Below are positions 1 to 8,566 of a stretch of 54,749 bases of DNA, in pieces. The stretch's first letter is position 1, and every line of letters starts with the position of its first letter. The DNA is taken from NCBI GenBank assembly GCA_050728815.1, contig JBOHKB010000371.1, positions 1 through 54,749 on the forward strand, read 5' to 3'. This DNA is from Propylenella sp. GTDB lineage: Bacteria > Pseudomonadota > Alphaproteobacteria > Rhizobiales > Afifellaceae. A program made the translations under genes and the position numbers. The notes beneath the pieces were generated by a model. The model had not been told where the DNA came from. It ran no database searches and saw only the letters and a list, made by a program, of their open reading frames with translations.

Positions 1-1561
1 GCACGGAAGTACTCCCCAGCGTGAATGTTCGTGCATCGGCTGCTTCTCGACGCATTTCCACGGTAGTCTCGCCGAGGCAAAAGAAAATCCCCATATCCGC
101 TTTGTTGCTGTCCATTACCGCTCGAAACTCACGCACTTGGGCAGGTGTCGATCGCCGCCCGCCTTTCACTTGAACAAGCAGCTTTCCAATGCGATCAGGC
201 CCTCCGTAGAAGCGCATCTCGCCATCTATCCCGCCGTCCGCGCCTTTCTTTCCGGCATTCCAAAGTTGGCAACCAAGCTCGCCGACCACCCATTGCTCAA
301 AACCGTACTTATCGCGTTGGGCAAGCCCTTCGGCTCCCGCATAATCGGCCGGAATACCGTCTATTGGAACAGCGTAGTCGCCGCCAAATCGGGATTTCAT
401 TCGCCGCTCAATCAACCGCACGGAATAGTATGAGACATCGATGCCAACCCATTGCCGACCAAGGCGCTGTGCTGACTCGACCGTGGTTCCACATCCACAG
501 AAGGGATCTAAAATCACGTCGCCGGGATTCGATGACGTGTTGATGATGCGGTTCAGTAGTCCAAGGGGCTTCTGCGTGGGATAGCCTATTCGCTCAGAGT
601 CTGCGTCCAGCCACTTCACATCCTGATCTATGCAGTGGTCGTTACCGACCAACACACCCTCGGTGCCCGGCTGGTAAGCCCAAATGTCCTGATAGGGAAC
701 GCCACGCGACAAGCGCTGCTTGTAGGTCGGTCGCCCGGACGGCGAGATCAGAATGACCCCCGCCTCATTTAAGGCGTCCAGCATTTCCCAAGTCTTCATC
801 CCCTTGCCGTCAGCCGGCAGAAGATGACGCAAACTCTTGGGGATGGCCCAGTGCCTTCCTTTTTCCGTGGGGTCGTAGCCTCTCCACGGTGCTCCGCTGT
901 CACCCGTGCGGACCCCTGAGCCTGTTATCTCATTCTGGCGGTACAAACCATCTTCGTCTTCGTGCCGAAACGCTTTCCCGATGTAAGACCTGTTGTGTGG
1001 TGTGACCCCGGGATGGAATGTTGCATTCGTCCCCTTTGCGTAAAAGAAGATGGTGTCGTGAATCGGCCCGTACTGTCTGGTGAGTTTGTTGTGCGACGAG
1101 CTGCGGCGCCAAACGATTTCACTCCTGAAATTCTGCGGCTCAAAGAGCGCATCAAGCAAGAGCTTTATGTAGTGACTGGCAGTCGGATCACAGTGCAAAT
1201 ATAGAGAGCCGGTCGGCCGCAGAACCTTGTGCAGCATCACGATTCTGATCGCCATCATCATGACGTACGCGGCTAGACCAGAGCGTCCGAGGGATTGCCG
1301 CAAACCTTCAATCAGCGGGCCTATGCGCCCGCCTCGGGCAACCAAATCCATGTAGGTATCCTGTGCATCGTCCTCCCATCGCCATGTGTCTTCAAAAGCT
1401 GAGCGTTGAGCTGTCTCGCGCATGTTCTCAGGCGTCTCGTAGAGTACATTGAAATCTACGTTCGAATTGAAGGGCGGGTCCAAGTAGATGAGGTCGACGG
1501 ACTCGGGCGCGACGTAATCGCGAAGCACCGCAAGGTTGTCGCCGAAAAAGAGCTTGTTCAT
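1..1561 (-). CDS. DNA methyltransferase (beta-class N6-adenine/N4-cytosine type) fused to a C-terminal Mrr-like restriction-endonuclease domain; C-terminus lies beyond the left window edge
   Basis: Not in the ORF track because there is no in-window stop. Hand translation of the reverse strand from ATG at 1561-1559 gives MNKLFFGDNLAVLRDYVAPESVDLIYLDPPFNSN (motif IV DPPF). Further on it reads YPTQKPLGLLNRIINTSSNPGDVILDPFCGCGTT (motif I), then GADGGIDGEMRF...KLLVQVKGGRRS (D...(E/Q)xK nuclease-like core). The frame reads open to position 1. Confidence 0.85.
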   Translation of the reverse strand, partial: MNKLFFGDNLAVLRDYVAPESVDLIYLDPPFNSNVDFNVLYETPENMRETAQRSAFEDTWRWEDDAQDTYMDLVARGGRIGPLIEGLRQSLGRSGLAAYVMMMAIRIVMLHKVLRPTGSLYLHCDPTASHYIKLLLDALFEPQNFRSEIVWRRSSSHNKLTRQYGPIHDTIFFYAKGTNATFHPGVTPHNRSYIGKAFRHEDEDGLYRQNEITGSGVRTGDSGAPWRGYDPTEKGRHWAIPKSLRHLLPADGKGMKTWEMLDALNEAGVILISPSGRPTYKQRLSRGVPYQDIWAYQPGTEGVLVGNDHCIDQDVKWLDADSERIGYPTQKPLGLLNRIINTSSNPGDVILDPFCGCGTTVESAQRLGRQWVGIDVSYYSVRLIERRMKSRFGGDYAVPIDGIPADYAGAEGLAQRDKYGFEQWVVGELGCQLWNAGKKGADGGIDGEMRFYGGPDRIGKLLVQVKGGRRSTPAQVREFRAVMDSNKADMGIFFCLGETTVEMRREAADARTFTLGSTSV

Positions 1562-1588
1562 GGGCGAACTCCCCCCCGGAATCCGAGC

Positions 1589-1604
1589 CGACTCCTCAGA
1601 GTCG
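1589..1604. promoter_or_regulatory. inverted repeat cgactc-ctca-gagtcg carrying two GANTC sites, in the divergent region between the methyltransferase gene and the small membrane-protein gene
   Basis: Read directly: 1589 cgactcctcagagtcg 1604, with GACTC at 1590-1594 and GAGTC at 1599-1603. A regulatory role is speculative. Confidence 0.3.
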
Positions 1605-1648
1605 CCCGGAACGGGTTAAGGAAGGATTCACGCGCGGCAGTAGCGCGA

Positions 1649-1858
1649 ATGGGAGGCTCGCAATTGGCTAGACAAGCGCTGACGTTCGCCCTCGCCGGCC
1701 TAATCATTGGAGTCGTTATCGGTCTCTTGATCGGACGCGTCGGCGTAGCCGCCATGGGGGACGCGTTCGGCATTCCCGCAGCCGTCGTGCTTGGAATCGT
1801 GGGGGCGGCAGTCGGGTACCACTTCGGGCGCGTCCGCGATCTCAAACGCCCGAAATGA
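1649..1858 (+). CDS. small (69 aa) glycine-zipper membrane protein, GlsB/YeaQ/YmgE-like
   Basis: C-terminal part of track ORF 1406..1858; starting at the internal ATG at 1649 avoids overlap with the methyltransferase gene. MGGSQLARQALTFALAGLIIGVVIGLLIGRVGVAAMGDAFGIPAAVVLGIVGAAVGYHFGR forms two G/A/V/I-rich hydrophobic segments. Confidence 0.4.
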   Translation: MGGSQLARQALTFALAGLIIGVVIGLLIGRVGVAAMGDAFGIPAAVVLGIVGAAVGYHFGRVRDLKRPK

Positions 1859-1880
1859 CCCGACTCCCTTTAGCCGCCGT

Positions 1881-1920
1881 TTTCCCGCTAAATCCCGGAA
1901 ATTCCCGCTATTTCCCGACT
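1881..1920 (+). repeat. four tandem 10-bp units with a TCCCG core (tttcccgcta / aatcccggaa / attcccgcta / tttcccgact)
   Basis: Read directly from the sequence. The cores start at 1882/1892/1902/1912, exactly 10 bp apart. An inverted copy (ccgggaaaa, 1940-1948) follows. Confidence 0.7.
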
Positions 1921-1928
1921 TGCGTTTC

Positions 1929-3248
1929 CTACATAAGGCCGGGAAAATGGTTCGATGTGCCGCCGAGCGGCAGCGGCGCACCCCAATCGGCAAGCGCCGG
2001 CAAGAGCACCTCGAAGTTCGCAGCGTATTCGAGCGTGAACATGCGCGCGAACCAGCTGCCGCGATTGTCGGGAGCGAGCCGCGCCTGCACGCAGCCGAGG
2101 CCGGGCCGCTCGCGGAACGCCGCGGCGGCCTTTCGGAGCTGGTCGGGTTCCGGCCGGTCCTCCGCGTCATACACGACGACGAAGTCGCCACGTGCGAAGG
2201 CGAGCGCGTAGGTCAGCGCCTTCGGTTTGGTGCGCGGCTCGCCGGGCGGCACGACCACCACCTCGAACGGCGGCGAAACGGCGTGGCGCTCCAGCGCCGC
2301 GCGCGTTTCAAGGTCGTCGGCCTCGACAATCAGGAGCACCTGCAGCTTCGATTGGGGATAGTCGATGCGCCGCATGTGGCGAACGAGGTCGGCCGCGACT
2401 TCCGCTTCGCGGTATAGCGGAACGAGCACCGTATAGGTGGGGAGCGACCGGTCGGAGACCGGCTCGACGCGCATCGGCCGCGCCCGGCGGAACGCGGCCG
2501 CGAGCTTCCAAAAACTGCAGTTGAAGAAGAAGGCCGTGCCGAGAAGAGCAAGCGCCTTCAGGGTGGCGATCGGCGCGAGCACGGCAAGCGCCAGCACCGC
2601 AGCAACGAGCGCGGTCGCTCCTCTCGCTCCCCTCGCCTCTCTAAGGCTTTGCGCGGAGAGCGGCGGCAGCACCCGCGCCAGCCGATTGACCGCGTAGTGC
2701 GTCAGTGCCGCATGGCGGTTCGCCACGATGAAGGCGCGGATCGTTTCGGGTGTCGCGATCCTGAGACGGGCGGCAAGACGCGGAGTGTCGGCGAGATGCC
2801 GCCGGAGCAGCTCCAGCTCGTCGTGCTGTGGGGCGACCACGAGCAGGCTCCGTGCGCCGAACCGCACGAGAACACACGCCGCGAGCCGCACTGCGTCGGT
2901 GGCAAGCAGGCCGGCATCCGCCACGATTTCGGTACCGTCGAGGCGGTCGACGAAGGCGATGCCGAGGTCGGCGGCGAGCAGCGAGAAATAGCGCTCGCGG
3001 TCGAAGCCCATCGCGAGAAGCTCTTGGCTCGCCGCCGTGCTGCGGCTCGCCGAAAGGCGGACAGCCTGGCGCAGCCACTCCTCCGGCACGCCTTGCCACG
3101 CGAGGAAATCGATATCCGGCGGGAGCGGCGCGGCGGCGGGATGCCGGTCCACCGGCCGCGAATCGCCGACGGGCGGCGCGGCGGGATATCCGGCCGCCAG
3201 CTGTGTGAGATTCGAGCTTGATGCTTGGCGTTGCGCGGAAGCTCGCAA
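1929..3248 (-). pseudogene. family-2 glycosyltransferase with a long N-terminal domain, 3'-truncated (catalytic domain incomplete)
   Basis: Track ORF of 439 aa. It contains the GT2 core TYTVLVPLYREAEV...LLIVEADDLETR...TKPKALTYALAFARGDFVVVYDAEDRPEPDQL...GGTSNHF, then stops four codons later (PGLM*). The downstream acidic (TED-like) and QxxRW-type motifs and the C-terminal TM helices expected in this family are absent. Confidence 0.6.
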
Positions 3249-3438
3249 GCTACCCCCAGCGCTTGCGTTTCACGATTTGTTAAGAATTCCCGCTTTCGTT
3301 CGATTTGCAAGCAATTTCTCTATCGAAGCGTGTGGCGGTTGAATGGGGCGTGTGCCTTTCCGGTCACGGGCGGGGAAAAAGCGCGGCCTTCGGGCCCGCG
3401 CCTTTGATGCGCCCCGAGCCTCCGCTAGTGAGCCCGGA

Positions 3439-3630
3439 ATGACCGGCGAGAGCGGGCGGAGCGGCGAGAAATCCGGCCAGAGGAAGCGGTTGGCCGAGGC
3501 GCTCCGAGAGAACCTGAAGCGCCGTAAGGCGCAGCAGCGGAAACGCTCGGCGGCGACAGACGCGAATGCCGGCGGCGGCCGGAAGACGGGTGCGAAGGAG
3601 TCCGGTCGATGGACCGAATCAGAATCGTAG
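3439..3630 (+). CDS. possible small Lys/Arg-rich protein (63 aa) upstream of and overlapping the murA start
   Basis: Internal ATG of track ORF 3343..3630: [41 protein letters not shown]... Low-complexity basic sequence; it could equally be a non-coding leader. Confidence 0.2.
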   Translation: MTGESGRSGEKSGQRKRLAEALRENLKRRKAQQRKRSAATDANAGGGRKTGAKESGRWTESES

Positions 3631-4898
3631 GCGGCAGGCGGCTCAACGGCTCCATCCCCATCTCCGGCGCCAAGAACGCGGCGCTGCCGCTGATGATCGC
3701 GAGCCTTTTGACCGACCGCAGGCTGACGCTGGAGAATGTCCCGGAACTGGCCGACGTCGCGCTCCTGAAGCGCATTCTCGCCAATCACGGCGTCGACTAC
3801 ATGGTGAGCGGCAAGCGCGCCGGCGACGCTCCCAACGGCGGCGAGAAGCTGACGCTCTCGGCCGAGAACATCGTCGATACGACCGCCCCCTACGATCTTG
3901 TCTCGCGCATGCGCGCGAGTTTTTGGGTGATCGGACCGCTGATCGCCCGCATGCACGAAGCGCGTGTCTCCCTCCCGGGCGGATGCGCCATCGGCACACG
4001 GCCGGTCGACTTCTTCCTGAGCGGGCTGCAGGCGCTCGGCGCCCAGCTCGACATCGAGGGCGGCTATGTCGTGGCAAAGGCGCGGGGGGGTCTCGTCGGA
4101 GCGCGCGTGCGTTTCCCGCACGTCTCCGTCGGCGCGACGCACACGATCATGATGGCGGCGACGCTCGCGAAGGGCGAGACCGTGATTGAGAACGCCGCCT
4201 CCGAGCCCGAGGTGCGCAGTCTCGCTGAGTGCCTGGTGAAGATGGGCGCGAAGATCGAGGGTGCGGGCACGGCCACTATTCATGTTTCAGGCGTCGATGC
4301 GCTGCACGGCGCAACGCACCGCGTCCTGCCCGACCGCATCGAGACCGGGACCTACGCGATGGCGGTCGCGGCAGCGGGCGGCGACGTGTTGCTCGAGCGC
4401 GCCGAGCCCGGACTCCTGCAAAGCGCGCTCGACGTGATCCGGGCGGCGGGCGTAGACGTCAGCGAAACCAACGCCGGCATCCGCGTCTCGAGGAACGGCG
4501 CGGGCTTTCAGCCGGTGAACGTCACGACGGAACCCTTCCCCGGTTTCCCGACCGACCTGCAAGCGCAGTTCATGGCGCTGATGACGCGAGCGGAAGGCAC
4601 GTCGCACATCCGCGAGACGATCTTCGAGAACCGCTTCATGCACGTGCAGGAGCTGGCGCGCCTCGGGGCGGACATCCACCTCGACGGGCAGCAGGCGACC
4701 GTGCATGGGGTCGAACGGCTGAAGGGAGCGCAGGTCATGGCGACCGACCTCCGCGCGTCCGTCTCGCTCGTCATTGCCGGGCTCGCGGCGGAAGGCGAGA
4801 CGACGGTCAACCGCGTCTATCACCTCGACCGCGGTTTCGAGCGGCTGGAGCAAAAACTCTCCGACTGTGGCGCGGAGATCGAGCGCCTGCGGGGCTGA
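3609..4898 (+). CDS. murA: UDP-N-acetylglucosamine 1-carboxyvinyltransferase
   Basis: 429 aa. [48 protein letters not shown] (active-site Cys loop) and a typical length. Confidence 0.95.
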   Translation: MDRIRIVGGRRLNGSIPISGAKNAALPLMIASLLTDRRLTLENVPELADVALLKRILANHGVDYMVSGKRAGDAPNGGEKLTLSAENIVDTTAPYDLVSRMRASFWVIGPLIARMHEARVSLPGGCAIGTRPVDFFLSGLQALGAQLDIEGGYVVAKARGGLVGARVRFPHVSVGATHTIMMAATLAKGETVIENAASEPEVRSLAECLVKMGAKIEGAGTATIHVSGVDALHGATHRVLPDRIETGTYAMAVAAAGGDVLLERAEPGLLQSALDVIRAAGVDVSETNAGIRVSRNGAGFQPVNVTTEPFPGFPTDLQAQFMALMTRAEGTSHIRETIFENRFMHVQELARLGADIHLDGQQATVHGVERLKGAQVMATDLRASVSLVIAGLAAEGETTVNRVYHLDRGFERLEQKLSDCGAEIERLRG

Positions 4899-4973
4899 TC
4901 GCCGCGCGAGCCTTGCCCTTCCCCGGGCGACGCCCTACCACGTCGGCGGCTCAGGAACGATGCTCGACCAGCC

Positions 4974-5426
4974 ATGCCGGACGACGACCGCCTTCGCCTG
5001 ATCGCGCTCGACGCGGAGGACCTTGCCGTGGTCTCCGCGCATACGCAGGACGCCGTTCTCAAGGTCGAGGACATCAGCTGGCTGCCGAAGGAAAAGCGCT
5101 TCGTGATCGCGATGAACCGCTTCGCCTGGGAGGAGACCGCGAAGCGCCAGCGTCGCGGGCGCGAACATCAGCGACGCCGCGCCGCCCTCTATTTCGCCCG
5201 CGTCAACAGGGTGAAGTCTTCCGGCATCGACCGGAGCGCAGCGGGGCAGGTGCTGAGCCTCCTCGCGGTGCACTTCGAGCCGGAGGACGAGCCGTCGGGA
5301 GAGATCGTGCTCGAATTCGCCGGGGGCGGCGCGATCCGTCTCGCCGTCGAGTGTGTCGAAGCGCAGCTCACCGATCTAGGACCAGCCTGGTCGGCTCCGC
5401 ACGCGCCACGGCACATCCTGACGTAG
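4974..5426 (+). CDS. DUF2948-family protein (conserved alphaproteobacterial protein between murA and hisD)
   Basis: 150 aa, LRLIALDAEDLAVVSAHTQDAVLKVEDISWLPKEKRFVIAMNRFAWE. Family assignment is from memory of the murA-hisD neighbourhood. Confidence 0.6.
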   Translation: MPDDDRLRLIALDAEDLAVVSAHTQDAVLKVEDISWLPKEKRFVIAMNRFAWEETAKRQRRGREHQRRRAALYFARVNRVKSSGIDRSAAGQVLSLLAVHFEPEDEPSGEIVLEFAGGGAIRLAVECVEAQLTDLGPAWSAPHAPRHILT

Positions 5427-5431
5427 CCGCG

Positions 5432-6724
5432 ATGGCGATACGGCTCAGCACGGCCGACGCGGATTTCGAGGCGCGCTTCGCGGCGCTCCTCGCGGGCAAG
5501 CGCGAGGTCGCGGAGGAGGTCGAGGCGGCGGCGCGGAGCATTGTGGAGGACGTGCGCACGCGGGGCGACGCCGCCCTCATCGACTACACCAAGAAATTCG
5601 ACCGGCTGGCCCTGACGCCTGAAACGCTCAGAATCCCCGCTGAGGAGATCGGTGCCGCGGCCGGCGAGATTTCGGCTGAGCAGCGCGACGCGCTCGCCGT
5701 CGCCCGCGACCGCATAGAATCCTACCACCGCCGACAGCTCCCTCAGGACGATCGTTATACCGACGCGGAGGGCGTCGAGCTCGGCACGCGATGGACGGCG
5801 ATCGAAGCGGTCGGCATCTACGTGCCGGGCGGCACCGCAGCCTATCCAAGCTCGGTGCTCATGAACGCGCTGCCGGCGAGGATCGCCGGCGTCGAGCGCA
5901 TCGTGATGGCGACGCCGACGCCGGACGGAAAGACCAACCCGCTGGTGCTCGCCGCCGCGCAAATGGCGGGAGTGGACGAAATCTACCGGATCGGCGGCGC
6001 GCAGGCGATTGCGGCGCTCGCCTACGGCACGGAGACGATCGCGCCCGTCGCCAAGGTCGTCGGGCCGGGCCGGGACTTCGTCGCCGCTGCAAAACGGCTC
6101 GTTTTCGGCGTGGTCGGCATCGACATGATCGCCGGTCCGTCGGAAGTGCTCGTCGTCGCCGATGCCGAGAACGACCCGGAATGGATCGCCGCCGATCTTC
6201 TGGCGCAGGCGGAGCACGACGAAGCGGCGCAGTCGATCCTCGTCACCGATTCGGCGGCGCTCGCCGGCCGCGTGGCGGACGCCATCGAGCGGCAGCTCAA
6301 GGCATTGCCCCGCGGCGAAATCGCCGCGGCGAGCTGGCGTGACCACGGCGCGATCATCACGGTCCGCTCGCTCGCAGGCGCCATCGAGCTCGCGAACCGC
6401 ATCGCGCCGGAGCATCTCGAGCTCGCGGTCGCCGAGCCTGAAAAGCTGCTTGTCCGCGTGCGGAACGCCGGGGCGGTCTTCCTCGGCCGCCACACGCCGG
6501 AAGTCATCGGCGATTACGTGGGCGGACCCAATCATGTCCTGCCGACGGCGCGCTCGGCGCGTTTTTCCTCCGGCCTCTCCGTGTTCGACTTCATGAAACG
6601 CACTTCGATCCTGAAGCTCGGGCCGGACCAGCTCCGACAGCTCGCCAGGCCGGCGATCGCGCTCGCCGAGGCCGAGGGCCTCGACGCGCATGCGCGCTCG
6701 CTCGCGGTCCGCCTGAACCTCTAG
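5432..6724 (+). CDS. hisD: histidinol dehydrogenase
   Basis: C-terminal 430 aa of the artefactually long track ORF 4229..6724, from ATG at 5432: [20 protein letters not shown]... Also [41 protein letters not shown] and [13 protein letters not shown]. Confidence 0.95.
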   Translation: MAIRLSTADADFEARFAALLAGKREVAEEVEAAARSIVEDVRTRGDAALIDYTKKFDRLALTPETLRIPAEEIGAAAGEISAEQRDALAVARDRIESYHRRQLPQDDRYTDAEGVELGTRWTAIEAVGIYVPGGTAAYPSSVLMNALPARIAGVERIVMATPTPDGKTNPLVLAAAQMAGVDEIYRIGGAQAIAALAYGTETIAPVAKVVGPGRDFVAAAKRLVFGVVGIDMIAGPSEVLVVADAENDPEWIAADLLAQAEHDEAAQSILVTDSAALAGRVADAIERQLKALPRGEIAAASWRDHGAIITVRSLAGAIELANRIAPEHLELAVAEPEKLLVRVRNAGAVFLGRHTPEVIGDYVGGPNHVLPTARSARFSSGLSVFDFMKRTSILKLGPDQLRQLARPAIALAEAEGLDAHARSLAVRLNL

Positions 6725-6735
6725 AGGGGCGACCC

Positions 6736-7209
6736 GTGAGCGACCGGCAGAGTCGCCTCGTCGCCGTCACCCTCGACGACGCGTCGATCGGACGCGCCTC
6801 GCCCGACATCGAGCACGAGCGGACGGTCGCGATCTACGACCTGATCGAAGAGAATCGTTTCGTGCTCTCGGACCACCCCGGACCATACCGGCTGGTCCTT
6901 TCGCTCGCCGACCGGCGGCTCGTCTTCGACATCCGCGACGGCGGCGGCAAACAGCTGATCACGCACGCGCTCTCGCTCACGCCGTTCGCCAGGATCGTGA
7001 AGGACTACCACCTGATCTGCGACAGCTATCACCAGGCGATCCGCGTCGCCTCGCCGAGCCGGATCGAAGCCATCGACATGGGCCGGCGCGCCCTGCACAA
7101 CGAGGGCTCGGAAATCCTGCGGCAGCGGTTGAACGGCAAGGTCGAGCTGGACCTCGATACGGCACGGCGGCTGTTCACGCTGATCTGCGTGCTCCACTGG
7201 CGCGGCTGA
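6736..7209 (+). CDS. UPF0262-family protein
   Basis: 157 aa with a GTG start. [26 protein letters not shown]...; the position after hisD is typical for alphaproteobacteria. Confidence 0.7.
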   Translation: MSDRQSRLVAVTLDDASIGRASPDIEHERTVAIYDLIEENRFVLSDHPGPYRLVLSLADRRLVFDIRDGGGKQLITHALSLTPFARIVKDYHLICDSYHQAIRVASPSRIEAIDMGRRALHNEGSEILRQRLNGKVELDLDTARRLFTLICVLHWRG

Positions 7210-7212
7210 GCC

Positions 7213-7653
7213 TTGGGCGAGGGCAAGGTACAGTCGGCGATCTTCCTGTGCGGACGCAATGCCGTACGCTCGCCGATGGCGCGCGCGCTCACGGAGAGCA
7301 TCTTCCCCGGGCGTTTCCACACTGCCTCCGCCGGCGTACTGCCGGGCGAGCGCGATCCGTTCGTCGATGCGGTGCTGGCCGAGATCGGGCTCGGGCTAGG
7401 CGATCACCGCCCGACCGCGCTCGAAGAGTTGCCCGACCTCGATTTCGACCTTGCCATCACGCTGTCGCCGCAGGCGCAACACCGAGCGATCGAGCTGACG
7501 CGGACTCAGCCGATCGAAGTGGAATACTGGCCGATGCCCGACCCGACGACGATCGAGGGATCGCGCGAGCAGATTCTCGCCGCCTACCGCGATCTCCGCG
7601 ACCGCCTCGCTGCGCGCATCCGCGGGCGGTTCGGGGGCGAACCCGGTTCCTGA
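7213..7653 (+). CDS. low-molecular-weight protein-tyrosine phosphatase / ArsC-like phosphatase
   Basis: 146 aa with a CX5R(S) P-loop: [18 protein letters not shown]. Confidence 0.8.
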   Translation: MGEGKVQSAIFLCGRNAVRSPMARALTESIFPGRFHTASAGVLPGERDPFVDAVLAEIGLGLGDHRPTALEELPDLDFDLAITLSPQAQHRAIELTRTQPIEVEYWPMPDPTTIEGSREQILAAYRDLRDRLAARIRGRFGGEPGS

Positions 7654-7663
7654 GTTCACAGGA

Positions 7664-8326
7664 ATGCTGCGATGGGCTAATGCCTCGCGCATGCTGAAGA
7701 CCGGATCGGATCGCCCAGGTCTCGTGCTTGCCTCGGCCTCGGCGCGGCGGCTGCAGCTCCTGGGGCAGATCGGCATCGAGCCCGACAAGCTCCTGCCCGC
7801 GGAGATCGACGAGACGCCGCTCCGCAAGGAGCTGCCGCGCTCGCTCGTTAAGCGGCTGGCGCTGACCAAGGCGCGGACGGCGCGCCACGCCGCCCAGCGC
7901 GATCCGGACATCGCCGGCGCTTTCGTGATCGCCGCCGACACGGTCGTGGCTGTCGGGCGCCGCATCCTTCCCAACCCGGAATTCACCGACGAGGCCGCCG
8001 CCTGCCTGAGGCTCCTTTCCGGCCGCGGCCACCGCGTCTATGGCGGCATCTGCCTGATCACGCCGCGGGGCGTCGCACGCACGCGCGTGGTGGAGACGCG
8101 CCTCCGCTTCAAGCGCCTGTCGCGCGAGGAGATCGAGGCCTATCTCGCCTCCGGCGAGTGGGAGGGAAAGGCCGGCGGCTACGCCATCCAGGGACGCGCC
8201 GGCGGCTTCGTCACGCGCCTCGTCGGCTCCTACACCAACGTCGTCGGTCTGCCGCTTTACGAGACGATGACGCTCCTCGCCGGCGAGGGCTACCCGGTCT
8301 ACGACCGCTGGGCCATTCCCGCATGA
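7664..8326 (+). CDS. maf: Maf-like nucleoside triphosphate pyrophosphatase
   Basis: [22 protein letters not shown]...[10 protein letters not shown]...[10 protein letters not shown]...VVGLPL. The start is uncertain (7664 or the in-frame ATG at 7691). Confidence 0.9.
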   Translation: MLRWANASRMLKTGSDRPGLVLASASARRLQLLGQIGIEPDKLLPAEIDETPLRKELPRSLVKRLALTKARTARHAAQRDPDIAGAFVIAADTVVAVGRRILPNPEFTDEAAACLRLLSGRGHRVYGGICLITPRGVARTRVVETRLRFKRLSREEIEAYLASGEWEGKAGGYAIQGRAGGFVTRLVGSYTNVVGLPLYETMTLLAGEGYPVYDRWAIPA

Positions 8327-8541
8327 CGGGGGAGAAGCGCGGCACCGATCCCATCCCGCTGCGCCGGCCGCGCAAATGCCCGACCTGCGGTAAACCCTCT
8401 TCCCGCGACTCCCACCCGTTCTGCTCGCGCCGCTGCGCCGACATCGACCTGAACCGCTGGCTTTCCGGCAGGTACGTCATCCCGGGCGCGAAAGAAGACG
8501 ACGAGGCGGAGAAGGCGGGCGGCGAGGACGAAAAGCGCTGA
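8323..8541 (+). CDS. yacG: DNA gyrase inhibitor YacG (zinc-finger protein)
   Basis: Internal ATG at 8323 of track ORF 8158..8541, overlapping the maf stop (ATGA). [31 protein letters not shown]. Confidence 0.85.
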   Translation: MTGEKRGTDPIPLRRPRKCPTCGKPSSRDSHPFCSRRCADIDLNRWLSGRYVIPGAKEDDEAEKAGGEDEKR

Positions 8542-8566
8542 CGGAAGGAGCCTCGGCCGCCGCCGC

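Noticed and set aside
1406-1648. N-terminal 81 aa of track ORF 1406..1858
   Set aside because: It overlaps the 5' end of the methyltransferase gene on the opposite strand. Only the hydrophobic C-terminal 69 aa from ATG 1649 look like a real product.
4229-5431. N-terminal 400 aa of the 831-aa track ORF 4229..6724 (Arg/Pro/Gly-rich), overlapping murA and the DUF2948 gene
   Set aside because: It is low-complexity, high-GC read-through in an alternate frame of well-supported genes. Only the hisD part from ATG 5432 is credible.
5189-6691. 500-aa minus-strand ORF antisense to hisD. The same applies to 3270..4283 antisense to murA, 8660..10303 antisense to the MMPL gene, 14559..15932 antisense to hsdM, 33302..34348 and 35222..36415 antisense to the tctC genes, and 47817..48890 antisense to alg44
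   Set aside because: These are typical long antisense open frames of GC-rich DNA. Their products are Arg/Asp/His-rich with no motifs, and each is fully overlapped by a strongly supported gene.
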